Source of the DNA: Chrysomallon squamiferum
Taxonomy: Eukaryota; Animalia; Mollusca
Direction: 5' to 3'
NCBI GenBank assembly: GCA_012295275.1
Contig: CM022672.1
Location: forward strand, 10,602,001 to 10,666,000
DNA length: 64,000 nucleotides
Part shown: piece after piece, positions 1 through 12,900 of the stretch
Numbering within the stretch: position 1 is the stretch's first letter
How the letters are laid out: each line of letters starts with the position of its first letter
The notes under the pieces: generated by a model
Database searches by the model: none
What the model was told of the DNA's origin: nothing
What the model saw: the letters and a program-made list of their open reading frames with translations, nothing else
Position numbers and translations under genes: made by a program

Positions 1-999
1 TCCAATCTTCTAGCATAAATAAACAACACGAGTGAAATATTATAGCTCATTTTGTCTATGACTCACATGTGTGCATGTGTGAGTGTGCGTGTATGTGTGT
101 GTGTGTGTGTGTGTCTTTGTGTGTATGGGGTGGGATGTTTGTGTACGTGTGTGGGTGTGTTTATGTATGTATGTATATCTGAATGCATATGTATGTATTT
201 ATGTGTGTGTGTATGCATGCATGTATGTAAGTATGTATGTATGTATGTTTGTGTGCATATGTATGTGTATGTCTGTATGTACATAAACATGTTGTTTGTG
301 AGTGTATATATTGTGTGCAATGTGTTTTGTTTCTGTTTTTTAACTGTCTGAATACTGTTTGGTTAATAGATGCTAATATGTTGAATGACATTTTAATATT
401 AATAATGTCAAATAAACAGTTTATTTATAATGATAATATATGAGAGAAAAGCCACTTACAAACATTAACTTTGTAGTAGTCCATAAATTGTTGTACAAAA
501 AAATGCAGTTCATGAGTTTTGTGCATGTCTGAAAGCATCAGTATATTTCTTTCTCTTTTTTTTTTCACATACACAGACACACATAAATATAATGTTAAAA
601 TTTTGCAAAAGATGATGATTGTTTGTAATGGTTTTTTTACAAACGTAAACAATAAATTTTGAACATATAAGAGTTCTTGTTTTAGTTCACAAAGGATGTA
701 TTAATATACAACAACAGAACTGATCTAACAGTGAGTTTAAAACAGAAAGTAATTTATGATTACAAAGAAAATGTAATTTAAAAAAAATATATTATTCTAA
801 GATGTTCACAAAAGTGATTTATCATACAAATGTATAAAAATAAAAAAAAAAAAAAAAATTAAAAAATGTTCAACCTTCATCAGAATGATTTGTTAATGAA
901 CTTGTTATATTAAGTAATCGACATTTAAAAAAAAAAATTTAAATAAAAAAATATATATATAATAAAAAATTAATAATATATATAACAACAAAAAATATC

Positions 1000-1730
1000 T
1001 GGATATCCACTGACCATCCCTGGTTTCTTGAGTGAGATTATTTGACATCCTGAAGTCAAAACTATCAGATGCTCAATGACTTCATTTGAATGTTCTGTCA
1101 GTACCAAATCTGACTACTGTCTTTAATGTCATTAATGTTTAGTAGGATACTGAACTAATTACTTTTCTGACTGTCATTGGTAATAACTAGTTACAGACTG
1201 ACTATTATTTCATTATTCCATAATCTGTATTATTTTGAAGTCAAATGAGTGTTCAGATACCGATTAACCTGTGTTAGAACATTCTGCCAATAACCACATT
1301 TCAGTATTGTCCAAGAAGTCTAGACATCCATGTACCCACTGTTATAAGGTCAAAGAAGAATTCAGGCATCTATTGACTTCATAACCATATTTCAGTATTG
1401 TCTTGAAGTCATATGGATACCCACACACCTGTTGTTTTAAAGTCAGATGAATATCCTGATACCCATTCACCTTTGAACAAAGAACATTCTACATTAACCA
1501 TATTTCAGTATTGTTCTGAAGTCAAATGGATACACACTTACCTATTATCTTGAAATTAAATGGATATTACCTATTACCTTGAAGTTAAATGTATACTCAG
1601 GTATCAATGACCTTCATTAGAACAGAGTAGCAAATAACCACAGAGCAGTATTATTTTAAAAGTCTGGTTTTCCAAGTACCCAGTTTTCAGATCAAACAGA
1701 TATCAAGGCAGCCATTGTCTTCAGTTTAAA
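1000..1730. repeat. Degenerate tandem (minisatellite-like) array, units of about 70-140 bp, in the KCNT intron
   Basis: The core TAACCA(T/C)ATTTCAGTATTGT..GAAGTCAAATGGATA..TACCCA recurs at about 1291, 1382, 1495 and 1635, with weaker copies from about 1000. Confidence 0.65.
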
Positions 1731-3660
1731 TCATGGTATTATTTTAAATGAAAGTATGGATACACAAAGACCCACTGTATTTCTTTAAAGCACTTCATAA
1801 TTTCCTGTTAACAGTTGTGCATTATAACACAAATCTAACCACCAGTGTTGCCAAACGTTACAAACTGTTCACACCAGAATTTGTCAAACAGTTCAATAAC
1901 CATGATGCTAGGGAAGCTGTTTACATGTGTTTGTTTGAGGGGTGATGAGCTTCATCAAGGTCTACGGTCTTTAATAATACCTTAATTAAACAGACGGAAA
2001 TAACAGAATTAAAGCTTATTAACTATATTCCATTACCATCAGAAATCTGCTTATGCAAAATCCTCAAACATACAGACTGACCTTAGTAATAAGTCACAGA
2101 GTGTGAAAATTGGTACAACAAAGTCAGTATGTGACAATGTAAGTATTTACTAGAATTCTTTTAAGAAGTTGCTATTGTGATCTCCACTCCCTGGCTTTAA
2201 GAAGAAGAAGAAAAAATAATAATAATAATTTAGTGATAGAAAAACAGAAACAATAGATTTTTCATCAAAAGCTTTAATTCTCACATCGGAGAGAAAAGTT
2301 GTCTAAGTTATTTATTCACATCATGGAAACTGATTATGTTACCATTAAGAATCACTTACTCAGTCACTCATTTACTCAGCAATCAAATAGTTACTCATTA
2401 ACTCACCAATCATTCAGTCACTCAGTTACTTGCCAGCTCATTTTCTCACATAATCACACACTTATGCACATTAACTTTTATTTTTCTACATCCTTCTAAA
2501 TACTCCTGTATTCAAATTTCAGCATCTTAGAAATTGCTGTAGTATTGGTAACATGGCAAAATAATTTCATATTTTTTGTCCCACTTAGTTTTCAATATGC
2601 AACAAAATGCTTTTTAGTTTTTTATTGATTTTTTCGTAACCAAGCTGACAATTTGTAGCTGAATGTTTGTAATGCTGGCATACAGCACAATAGATTGCAG
2701 GATCAATCCTTATTAATGCCCTATTTTCTCTTGCTTCACAATTGGCTTTTCAAAGACCTTGCTATCTTCTTTCCTGTTCATGTAAAGGTACATATACAAA
2801 CATTTTCTTGCTAATCAATAACAGTAACCCATGGAGAAATCTTAGCAGGTTTTATATTTATATATTACAAAATTTAAGAAAATAATAATAATAAAATTAT
2901 GCTTGTTTTTTAACATCAGATTATACAGAAAGGTTTCAGTGTTTTTTAAATGCATATTCATTTATTTACTCAATGAAAAATACCAATATTCATTAATTCA
3001 TCACTTCATGGATGCAGTACAAATATTCATCCACTCATTAATTTATTTATATTAGGAGTACAAATAATATTATTCATTCATTTATTAATTTATTAAATAA
3101 TTTATAAATATAAATTCATCAGTGCAAGAAGTATTGAATAAATAATAAAAAGTGGATTGATTTTCATTTTAGCATTAATTATAATTAGGTTATCAAATGA
3201 AGTCAGTTCATTAGAAAGAACCAGTCTTTTAAAGGTACATTAATGAAAAGAAAAATTGATTATGTAAAATTACTAAATAATAATAGTAATAATAAAAATT
3301 AGAAGTAATAATGACAGTTTCCATAAAAATTGCCATGACAACAGAAACATTAAAAAGCTCCCCATACAGAGTCTAATTATAAAACATTATGAGTATTAAT
3401 ATTACTGACAAAATGGTTGCAGCATTGAAAAAAATCTATCAGAAATACACAATTACTGAACATATAATAATGCTTAATTCATAAGAAAAAACAGACAAAA
3501 ACTTATAGAAATTAAATAGTATTATTACACAATTTTTTGAACTGAAAATAAATGTTTCCGTTTTGGTTATTGTGCATGATATCCTAACTAATAATAATAA
3601 GAAGAAGAAGACGAAACAACAACAACAACAACAACAACAACTGCAGCAACAGTAATAGCC

Positions 3661-3756
<96 letters not shown>

Positions 3757-3949
3757 ATTTAGATAAAAATAACAAGCGAAAACGTAAACGGTAATGCCCA
3801 CTTGTTCCGATCTCATCAAAAGGTATTAAAAAAAAAAAAAAAAACAAGCATCATATTTATTAAACTCGTCAGAGACAATACCTTCATTAATGGATTATTA
3901 TACAGCACGCTGTATCTGTACGCTGTGATACGATATTACAAGCACTTAC

Positions 3950-4047
3950 CTTTCGTCATTAATTGTCATCGTTTCCCCTAGTATGAGATCTCTGAATCGG
4001 TAGCGAGGGGGTAGAGGAGGGACGGTGTTAAAAGCCTGTTCTTCCAT
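3950..4047 (-). CDS. KCNT: First coding exon of a Slo2/KCNT (Slick/Slack-type) Na+-activated K+ channel; the rest of the gene lies left of the window
   Basis: ATG at 4047 reads MEEQAFNTVPPLPPRYRFRDLILGETMTINDE(R), followed by a GTAAGT donor at 3949. VPPLPPRYRFRDL(L/I)LG is the diagnostic N-terminus of KCNT2/KCNT1. No further exon was recognised in 1-3949. Confidence 0.9.
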
Positions 4048-4704
4048 TGTTCATCTCCAGATTTTTATCAACCCAGACAAAAACCCGATTCATAAACGAG
4101 CCAATATCTCTAACAACAAACACCGTCAAAACTTTCCTCTGCTGCCGCCAATTTCGCGTTGTTCCGTGTTCGGTAATAACGTCGATACGGACTCAGCAGA
4201 CGACAGTTTATCGCCAGAACGAAAGTCTTTCGGTGATTTGGTCGTAGAATTTGATGGCTAAATACTTAGAGGAAATTGTTCTCGTTTGTAAGAATAAACG
4301 ATGTTCAGCTGTGGAATCGTGACATATATACAGTAAGCAGCATGGCAAATAGCGTACGGGAAGCTATGGACTATTGATTTAATTTCGCTAAAATGCAGCC
4401 ATGTGGGCACCAAAAACTGGCTTCAAGTGCTGATGTAACAGTGCCCGAATAAAATGGGATATGTCCGAACATGATACGGTGATATTGATTAATAATATAA
4501 ATGCTTATAAAAAAAATCGCACAGATATACAAACATACGCCAATATATATGAACACACAGATACATACACGCACACACACATGCGCACACACAAACACAA
4601 ACACAAACATACTCAAACACAAAACCATACATGCACGTATGATTGATTTAAAACACACACACACAAACACAAATGAAGACACGCGTATGCACAGATGATC
4701 GATT

Positions 4705-4751
<47 letters not shown>

Positions 4752-5902
4752 TAATGAGTAATTTATCCAGCTAACACAACAAAAATGTTCTCGTGTAAAG
4801 AATGTCATGACACAAGGACTACAAATGATAAAGAGATTGACACAGACAGAGACAGTTTCAAACAGATAGACATAAAGAGATAATTAATTACTTAAGGAAC
4901 TACTTAAAATACCATAATAACATCCGCACATCCATCAGCTAATCGCTTTACAAACTGATTATTTTTTATAATTTAATTTACTGTAATCGAGTCGGCTCCT
5001 TTTCTACAATTCTATATCCATTCTAAATATGCGCGTGCGTGTGTGTGTGTGTGTAATTATATCTGTTTATCTTTCTCTCAGCACGTAAGCATGCAGACCA
5101 TCTTTTCCTTTTTCTTTTTATTATTCAGTTTATTCAGTGTAATAGAGTCTGGTTTCGTTTCAGATATTTTTTCCTACATGTGTGTGTATATCTGTCTGTA
5201 ATTATCGCTGTATATCTTTCTGTCTCTGTCTGTAAGTATTAAGACTACTATGTTTCCCGGCAACCTTTACTTGTAATAGAACAAAATTATGCTAAACGTA
5301 AACACTCTTTTTCTCTACAGTCATTGTCATAAAAACGTAGATAAAAAAAAACTTATTGCATGCTAACTTCAAGAATAAAGGCCATGGGATCAGTTCCCAT
5401 CAACGGAGTCAATAACACTATTCACTTGGAAACAGATTGTTTAAATACAACTGATGTACAATTCTGCCCGCAGCAAGATATATCTGAGATATATTTAACA
5501 AAGATGAACATTCTAAGACGCGTGACTTCCACATCAAGATGAATCGATCCGTCGATGCTCCAGACCACAGAACGATTTTCTGTTAATACTGCAAATGTAA
5601 CTTATATGTTGCGTAAGCTTTTTTTAATCAAAAGCTAGACCATATAATTAATATACTTTTTTTTCTTTCTATTATTATTGATTTTTTTTTTTTTTTCACG
5701 TTCAAAATATTCTTCTATCCATTTCATTTTTTGTAATTATTATTCAATTTCATAAGATGAATCATGTAGAGAAGTATATTTGTAAATATAAAATCGTAAA
5801 GAAAGTGAGAGAATATAGAAATAATTTATTTGTTTTCTTTTTGACTGTACAGTCCCCCATGAAAATGATCGAAATGCACATTATTTTGATATTTATTTAA
5901 TA

Positions 5903-7361
5903 TACTCTAACAAAAGAGAAACGCAAAAGTAGATTTTATTGACATTGGGAATATCTATCTAATGGATCAACAGAAAGCAGCAGAATGTTCACATTTTAGA
6001 CACACTTTCACAATTCATTAATATTGATGGTATTCCATTGAAAAGGTTAAAGTTCAAGGTTATAGGAGTATAATATCTATACCTTGTGTGCCCACCATGG
6101 GAGTCCAGAACTGCCTGAGATCTCCTTCCCATGGCAGTAATGACATTACAAATTAGACCTTGTGGAATGGTGGCCCACTGTGTCTGTAGTAATAAAGCCA
6201 ACTGAGCACGATTCTGTGGTCGTGGTTGATGCTGCCTCAGTCGTCTATCCAACTCGTCCCACAAATGCCCTATAGGGTTCAAATCAGGGCCAGGGCAGGA
6301 CCTGAATGTTATTGTTGTGTAGGTACGCTGTTGTAAGTCTGGCTGTATGTGGTCTCGCACTGTCGTGCTGGAATACAGCGTTACCATTATTCATAACTGG
6401 AGCGACATGTGGCTGCAAAACTTCAACTCAGTATCTCTGTGCCGTTAAGTTGTCTTGTATGTGAACCAGGTGGGTCCTGCCAATGTATGAGATTGCTGCC
6501 CAAACCATCACACTACCACCGCCAAATCTGTCCGCTTCCTGTATGCAATTCGCAGCAAAACGTTCACCACGACGTCTGTAAACTCGACATCTTCCATCAG
6601 CTCGACGAAGCAGAAATCGACAGTTCTCCATCGTAACTGAGGCCAGACTCTGTGCACTTGATATCACTGACGTCATAGTCGGCGATGTTGTTGAATCAAA
6701 ACCACTCTTCTTACAGACCGTCTGGCTTGAATGCCTGCCTTGCGTAAACGATTGCGCTCTGTCTGGGCCAATATTCTACACAGATCTTGTATTGCTGAAG
6801 CAGTAGAGGTAGCCACGGTGGTTCTTTCCCATAGACGAAGTACCCGTATGTAGCGGTCCTGGACCCTGTGGTGGGCATACGTGGTCTACCTGATCTGGGA
6901 CGGTCACGTGTTGTTTGGTGTTGCTGGTACCGATACCACAATCTCAAGATGGTGCACTTGGATACATGGAACACTCGGGCTACGGCCGAGAAGGATTCGC
7001 CAGCTTGTAAACAGTCACTGGTGTTGTTTCGTTGCGATTCACTCGGTCGTAGCATTTGTTTGATGTTGGGTCAGAATAACGAACAGAAGTATTCGAAAAC
7101 CTTGCATTTTTGTAACCTTCGTATTCAAGTTTCATGTGCCGCACGTGCACATGCACTGGTAACGTGGTTTGCATGCGAGGACGTTTTGGCTATTAAACAC
7201 GATCATAGGCTTTATTTTGCGTTACCTGCTTTTTGGCGACTGTAACAAAAGCTATACGTCTGAATCACTAAATGTCATCATATTCATTGTACACCGATAT
7301 GTGTCAGTTTACAATAGTTATCTAAGAAATCAACCATTTTGCGTTTCTTTTTTTGGGAGAG

Positions 7362-7363
<2 letters not shown>
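5903..7363 (-). mobile_element. Tc1-family (DD34E) DNA transposon, near full length, inactive
   Basis: TA-flanked imperfect TIRs (left TACTCTAACAAAAGAGAAACGCAAAA; right reverse complement TACTCTCCCAAAAAAAAGAAACGCAAAA) enclose a fragmented transposase. Confidence 0.9.
5989..7055 (-). pseudogene. Frameshifted Tc1 transposase
   Basis: Three ORF pieces: HTH with DRPRSGRPR; CRF..RRADGR..VYRRRGER..FGGGSVMVWAAI; and PDLNPIGHLWDELDRR..GGHTRY. The catalytic E of NPIE is mutated to G. Confidence 0.88.
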
Positions 7364-7444
<81 letters not shown>

Positions 7445-7778
7445 CAAGAACAGTAATCCATTGAAGATTTATATTTCATATAATTTGTAATGAAATCGAA
7501 TTAAGATACAATAACTGAATTAAATACATGCTCAAATACGTATACAGTTATAATTTAATATTAATGTGAGCAATTCACTTGATATTTCGTCTACAGACGA
7601 GTATCATTAAAAGAACTGAAAAATAAATACAAAGATGCAAGTAAAATAAAAATATTTCTATAGCAGTGATAATGGTGTTTTGATGTCCTCTAATTTTCAC
7701 ATTTCAGATTTGTTTAATATGGTTTTCAAATGGATATAAAAATGTACATCTATTTGTTTTGTAAATCGTATATGATTC

Positions 7779-7830
<52 letters not shown>

Positions 7831-7845
7831 AAAACTAGTAATTTG

Positions 7846-7876
<31 letters not shown>

Positions 7877-8599
7877 GATACAAAACTAGTAATTTGTGAA
7901 AACTAGATCTACTACATAGACAAGAATACAAATCCACATTATTAATTGTTTTATTGTTGGCTTATTTCTGTCTTTAATGTGTGTATATGTGTGTATATCT
8001 ATCTCTCTATCTATCTATCTATAGATAGATAGATAGATTGATTGATAGATAGAAAGATAGATAGATTAACCATCTATGAATATGTAACCGTGTAATTTAA
8101 AATATTTAACTGTAACTTTGTATCGTTGCAAAACGCTACATAGCAATGGCGAAAATGTCACTAAAGACTGAGTAAATCATTTAACAGCTTTTCGGTCAAT
8201 CAGTCTCGTTAGCATTTCTACATTTTAAAGTACATCCATTTTACAACAAAAAAAAATGTATGCAGTGGTGCCTAAATGTACAACATTATTTTTTATTATC
8301 ATGTATAATAGTTATAAATATAAATAAATAAATGTGAAAAATGTCCGAGTAATTTAGTCTGTTTTTCTTTATGTAGTAATTTTCGAAAACTTTTATATAG
8401 GTAAATATACTTACATACTTAAGACAGATAATCAGAGATGATATTATTTAAATCTTTCGTGCGTTTTTTATTATTAAATAATAATAATAATAATAATAAA
8501 CATTCTATATCATCGATACCCCAGTATTTCTTATTCTTTGCTCAATCCTTTTTCCTTATGGATTTCACTGAATCACACTTTTATAGCCACCTAAAGTAA

Positions 8600-8672
8600 A
8601 GAAATCCAATATGGCAGACGACGTTTGTGTTGAAAGGTGTTTTCTCGATAACTCAGTTTATTTTGTGTGAAG
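8600..8672 (+). promoter_or_regulatory. Probable TSS and non-coding first exon of FAM20B
   Basis: YY1-like AATATGGC motif at about 8608, donor AAG|GTAATT after 8672, and an acceptor TTTTCAG at about 9828 just upstream of the FAM20B ATG. Confidence 0.5.
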
Positions 8673-9904
8673 GTAATTTCTGTTCACTTGTTTAAAATAT
8701 TTAATATACCAAATAATTAACAACGCAAGTTGAAATCTATTTTTGTAAAATGTGTTGAACAAAATAAAAAATCGCGTTTAGTGTGTTACTCAACTTACTT
8801 TAGTGTTACTACTCTGAGTGTTACAGTGTACTATCACTATGTACATTATAAATAATAAAATATAAACTAGAAGTAGAAGGATCCAGATGTGTAATTTCTG
8901 ATATGAAAAGTTTGAAAAGGTACGTAAAACTGTAACACACACACACACACACACATATAACAATAAATGAATAATGTGAACGTACCAACAGTCCAATATT
9001 TATAATGTTTGTATCTAATTAAATTAGTAACTTTTAAAACCTGCTTCAGAACAAAAGTAATTAATCTCTAATCACCAATATGCATAAATCAATAAATGAA
9101 AAAATATTTATTTAAATGGAGAATCTTGGTAATACTGAATAGGTTATTTTTAATAGACAATGAAATGAGGCATGACAGAATCAAATTGTTTAATAAATGA
9201 TTATATTTCTTAGTTACGTTTAACTCATTCATTTTTACAGTATTTTTTTTTTTTAACCTTTAATGTTACCAATAATACCATCTTGGTCATTTGTTTTAAT
9301 TAAATTATAGCCTAATTCCAGCATGTTTAATCTAATGACTTGTAACTGATACATGTTGATAGTTTTACTTTTATGGCCATGTTTGAAGAGCTTTTAATCA
9401 CAGTTTTACAGTTCTGAAATGACTATATTCAAAACATAAAAAATGAAATGCTGGTCAAAACTCAAAAACTTACAATTAAGACATTATTTGAACAAAGAAA
9501 ACATTCTATAACAATAATAGTATTTACTGTCAGTGTAATATTTCTAACATATGATACAGATGTATTATGTGCTTGCATGCATGCAGGTGTGTGTGTGTGT
9601 ATACTATATGTATCTTGAAAAATATTAGGGTAAATAAATTTTATTTTAACTAGAGATTATATATACAATCGTAACAGGGTGTATATAATACATACATACT
9701 ATAATTTATGTATATACAATGCATGTATAATAAACACATTTTATAATTTATTGCAGTTTCTTATTACTGTTTTATAAAAATGCAACTAATTAAAAATGTT
9801 ACAGTTATTTTGTGACTTGTATTTTCAGGCATATGTAGATAACATTTGCAGAGAGGAGTGGCAATGCCTCCAAACACTTTAAGACATTTGTCAATCAGTG
9901 CGAC

Positions 9905-12900
9905 ATGAAACTGAAATTCAGGATTATAGTGCTCTGTTCTGTCTTCTTCATAGTTATAATTTCATTCAAAATTTTGGAACCCGAGTTTGGTAGGGTTCAG
10001 AAAAATGTCAATGAGGAACCTGTGGAAGACGAACAGTCTAAAGTGGAAGCAGTGGTGGCTGAGCTTATCAAGAAGTATAAGGTGAATTACAGCTACAGCT
10101 TAAAAGAATCACCTTGGCTGATTGCTGCACGATGGGTTACAGTCTCAAATATACTGTTTAACGAACCACCAGAACTGGGTAACGTATTATGTATTTAGAC
10201 AAACAACATTTGTTCTAACTGAAGATATTTATGTTAATAAAAGAAATCAGCCTTTTAATGTTTGTAACACTTTAGCTTCTTATAAAATGATTTGTTCAGA
10301 TATAATTAAGAAATTAATATAAAGAAACAAATATTTGTTCAGTAATAAAATGTTTTAGAATCATAAATGTAATGTTTTCTATATTAGTTTTTGACAGAGT
10401 AAAAGAATCAGAACTAATAATACATCTGAAATTCAGAAGATATAGTTAGTTAATTAAAAAAAACCCAGTAAATTACCAGTCATTATTTGTAAGATGATAG
10501 CATTTAATGATTTATATCCTAACAGTTTTTCTTAATTTCACAGAGAATTATATGAATATTTTGATACTAATATAAATTTAATTTCATAAATAATTTTTCT
10601 CCAAATAATACACAACTTGCCCATTACTAAACTTTTTTTTTTGTGTTATTTTTTTTTTTTATTTAATTATTATTACTTATTTGACAAGAAAATATATTTG
10701 ATTAATTTTGTTTTATTAAATGAACATTTTGCCTTGTTATGTTTGGAACCCATGTTAATGTCATATGCTTAGTTTAATGAACTTGAATACTAATTTAAGT
10801 CATTCAAATAATTAAATTTACAAATGTCTTGGAATCCTACATTTAAAAAAAAAAAAAATTGAGATTAATTGTCTCATAAATTATTTGAAATTGAAATAAT
10901 ACACTTTTCTCATTATAAATAATATGTAAACCCTTTCTTATTTAATAAGACAAATTAAATCATTATTACAATTTACAACACAATTTTATAAAAAAAACTT
11001 TCAAACTCACCTGGTATTAGCATCAGCATCCGATAAGGAAACCTTTTGTTCTTCTAGATGTCGTCTTTGCCCTGACTCTTTAGAATGCTTCTTTTCCAGG
11101 TTATCCATTATTGTGATCATGTCTTAAACATTTCTTGCACTAACTGGTGAATATCAGTATGTTTTTATTATGTTCATTTATATTTTGTTTGCTAAAAATG
11201 CAGACAAATCAGGACAAACTAAGGAAACATATTCATGTCTGTAGAAGATAATAAAATAATTGCTACAGTAGCATCACATGTATGTTCCTGTCATTTGCTT
11301 CCTGGAGCTGCCATATATATCATTCACTTGTGTCAGTCACAAAAATCAAAGCTTGATGCAGTATCACTGTTACTGTCGTAAAATAGATGAAGTATTAATT
11401 AATGAAATCCAAGACCTATAATTACATCATATTTAAGACACTACTGTCTATAATAAATCTGGTTCATGTTTCTGATCATGTTATACACGAAGCACAAGAA
11501 TTCTTTGTCACAGCTAGCAAAGCCACTCTCTTAAGAACCGTTGATTATCAGTTATTGGCAAGAAATGACACATATTGATTATTGCAGAATCTGTTTTTTG
11601 TTCTCATCACTTGTTATCCATTTATTGCAAATGATCAACTTGTTTTTTCTTATTATCATGCTATTCTCATTTTTCATGATGTTGAATGCAAATAAAAATT
11701 TAAATAGCTTTTTTCCTCGTGCCTGATAAAGTACCTTTGTACTTGAAGTTAGCTTGGTTATGCCGTTTGAGTACCAATATAGTTTGTAGCATTACTACAT
11801 TAGTTTTTGTAATATATTAACTGTGAGTTAGAAAGACAGTGCTATTTTTACATTCCTTGTTTTCTTTGCCACTGCATACCCATTCCTGTATTAGCAAATA
11901 TGTGTATTAAAAATACACAGAATACTCTTACATCTCACTCACCACTGCATTTGAACGAACAGCGCAAGCACTTGCCTGTTTTCCATTATGATCATAGAAT
12001 AATATCCAGCTCAGTGTTTTCGTGGGCTTGTGAGGAGCACTGTTTACTACAGCTACCAATATCCTTACTTGTTTCTGCTGAACCTTGTTACCTGACACCA
12101 ACAACAAATCATTTTCAAGCTGCTTGTAGTGAAGCAGCAAATGCTTTTTCTTAAGACAACGCTAAATTTCAATCTCATTCGTGTGCTACTTACTCTCTCT
12201 TGCATAAAAAATCCATTGATCATTGATTTTTCAACCTGATTCTTTTGACTACGATAACCAATCTTGAGATCCACAGAATTCCATTTGTTGTAGATTGTCA
12301 GATAACTTAATACAATATGCTAGATTCATATAATGTTCATCTAATGAAATGTCTACTGATTGTTAAACCTTGTCAATAAATTCTGCCCCTTGCATTATAT
12401 TATTTGAAAGAAAATGACCAAACCATTCCATAACACTTGCAGATTGTACCTGGATAAAAAAAAAAAAAAAAAAAAATTATTATTATAAATTTTATTTTTT
12501 AAATATATATATATATAAATTAATTTTAAAAAAAAGCAAAAAATGTTCTTATATTTATATGTAATTGTAAGTGCAGTATGTTGTAGTTTTATTATTGTTA
12601 TGTAAATAGATGTATAGTCTATCAAAATACAATTCATTATTATTATTTTCTATTTGAAAAATGATGATTTACTTTTTAAATTTTCATAAAAAAAAATACA
12701 TTTACCTCAGAATTCTTATTTTTAAATCTGTTTCATTTATGACTTATGTATTACTAAAACCAGAATCTGATACATATTGAATTGTTTAGTAAAATAATCA
12801 GAAAACAGATTAGTAGCAGTCAGTTTTTACATTATTTATTATTCAAAACATAATATTAATCATTAATACTTAATGGTTGTTTTTTTTCTTTTCTATCTGG

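Noticed and set aside
2680-2860. Highly decayed SINE-like body (similar hints near 14130 and 58050)
   Set aside because: The resemblance is from memory only and too diverged to call without a repeat library.
4025-4261. 78-aa + strand ORF in CpG-rich sequence
   Set aside because: It is antisense to the KCNT 5' leader and first exon, with no homology or splice support.
11000-12400. Non-repetitive, GC-richer block in a FAM20B intron with ORFs of 60-85 aa
   Set aside because: It may be a decayed element or pseudogene, but the frames I read were full of stops and I recognised no motif.
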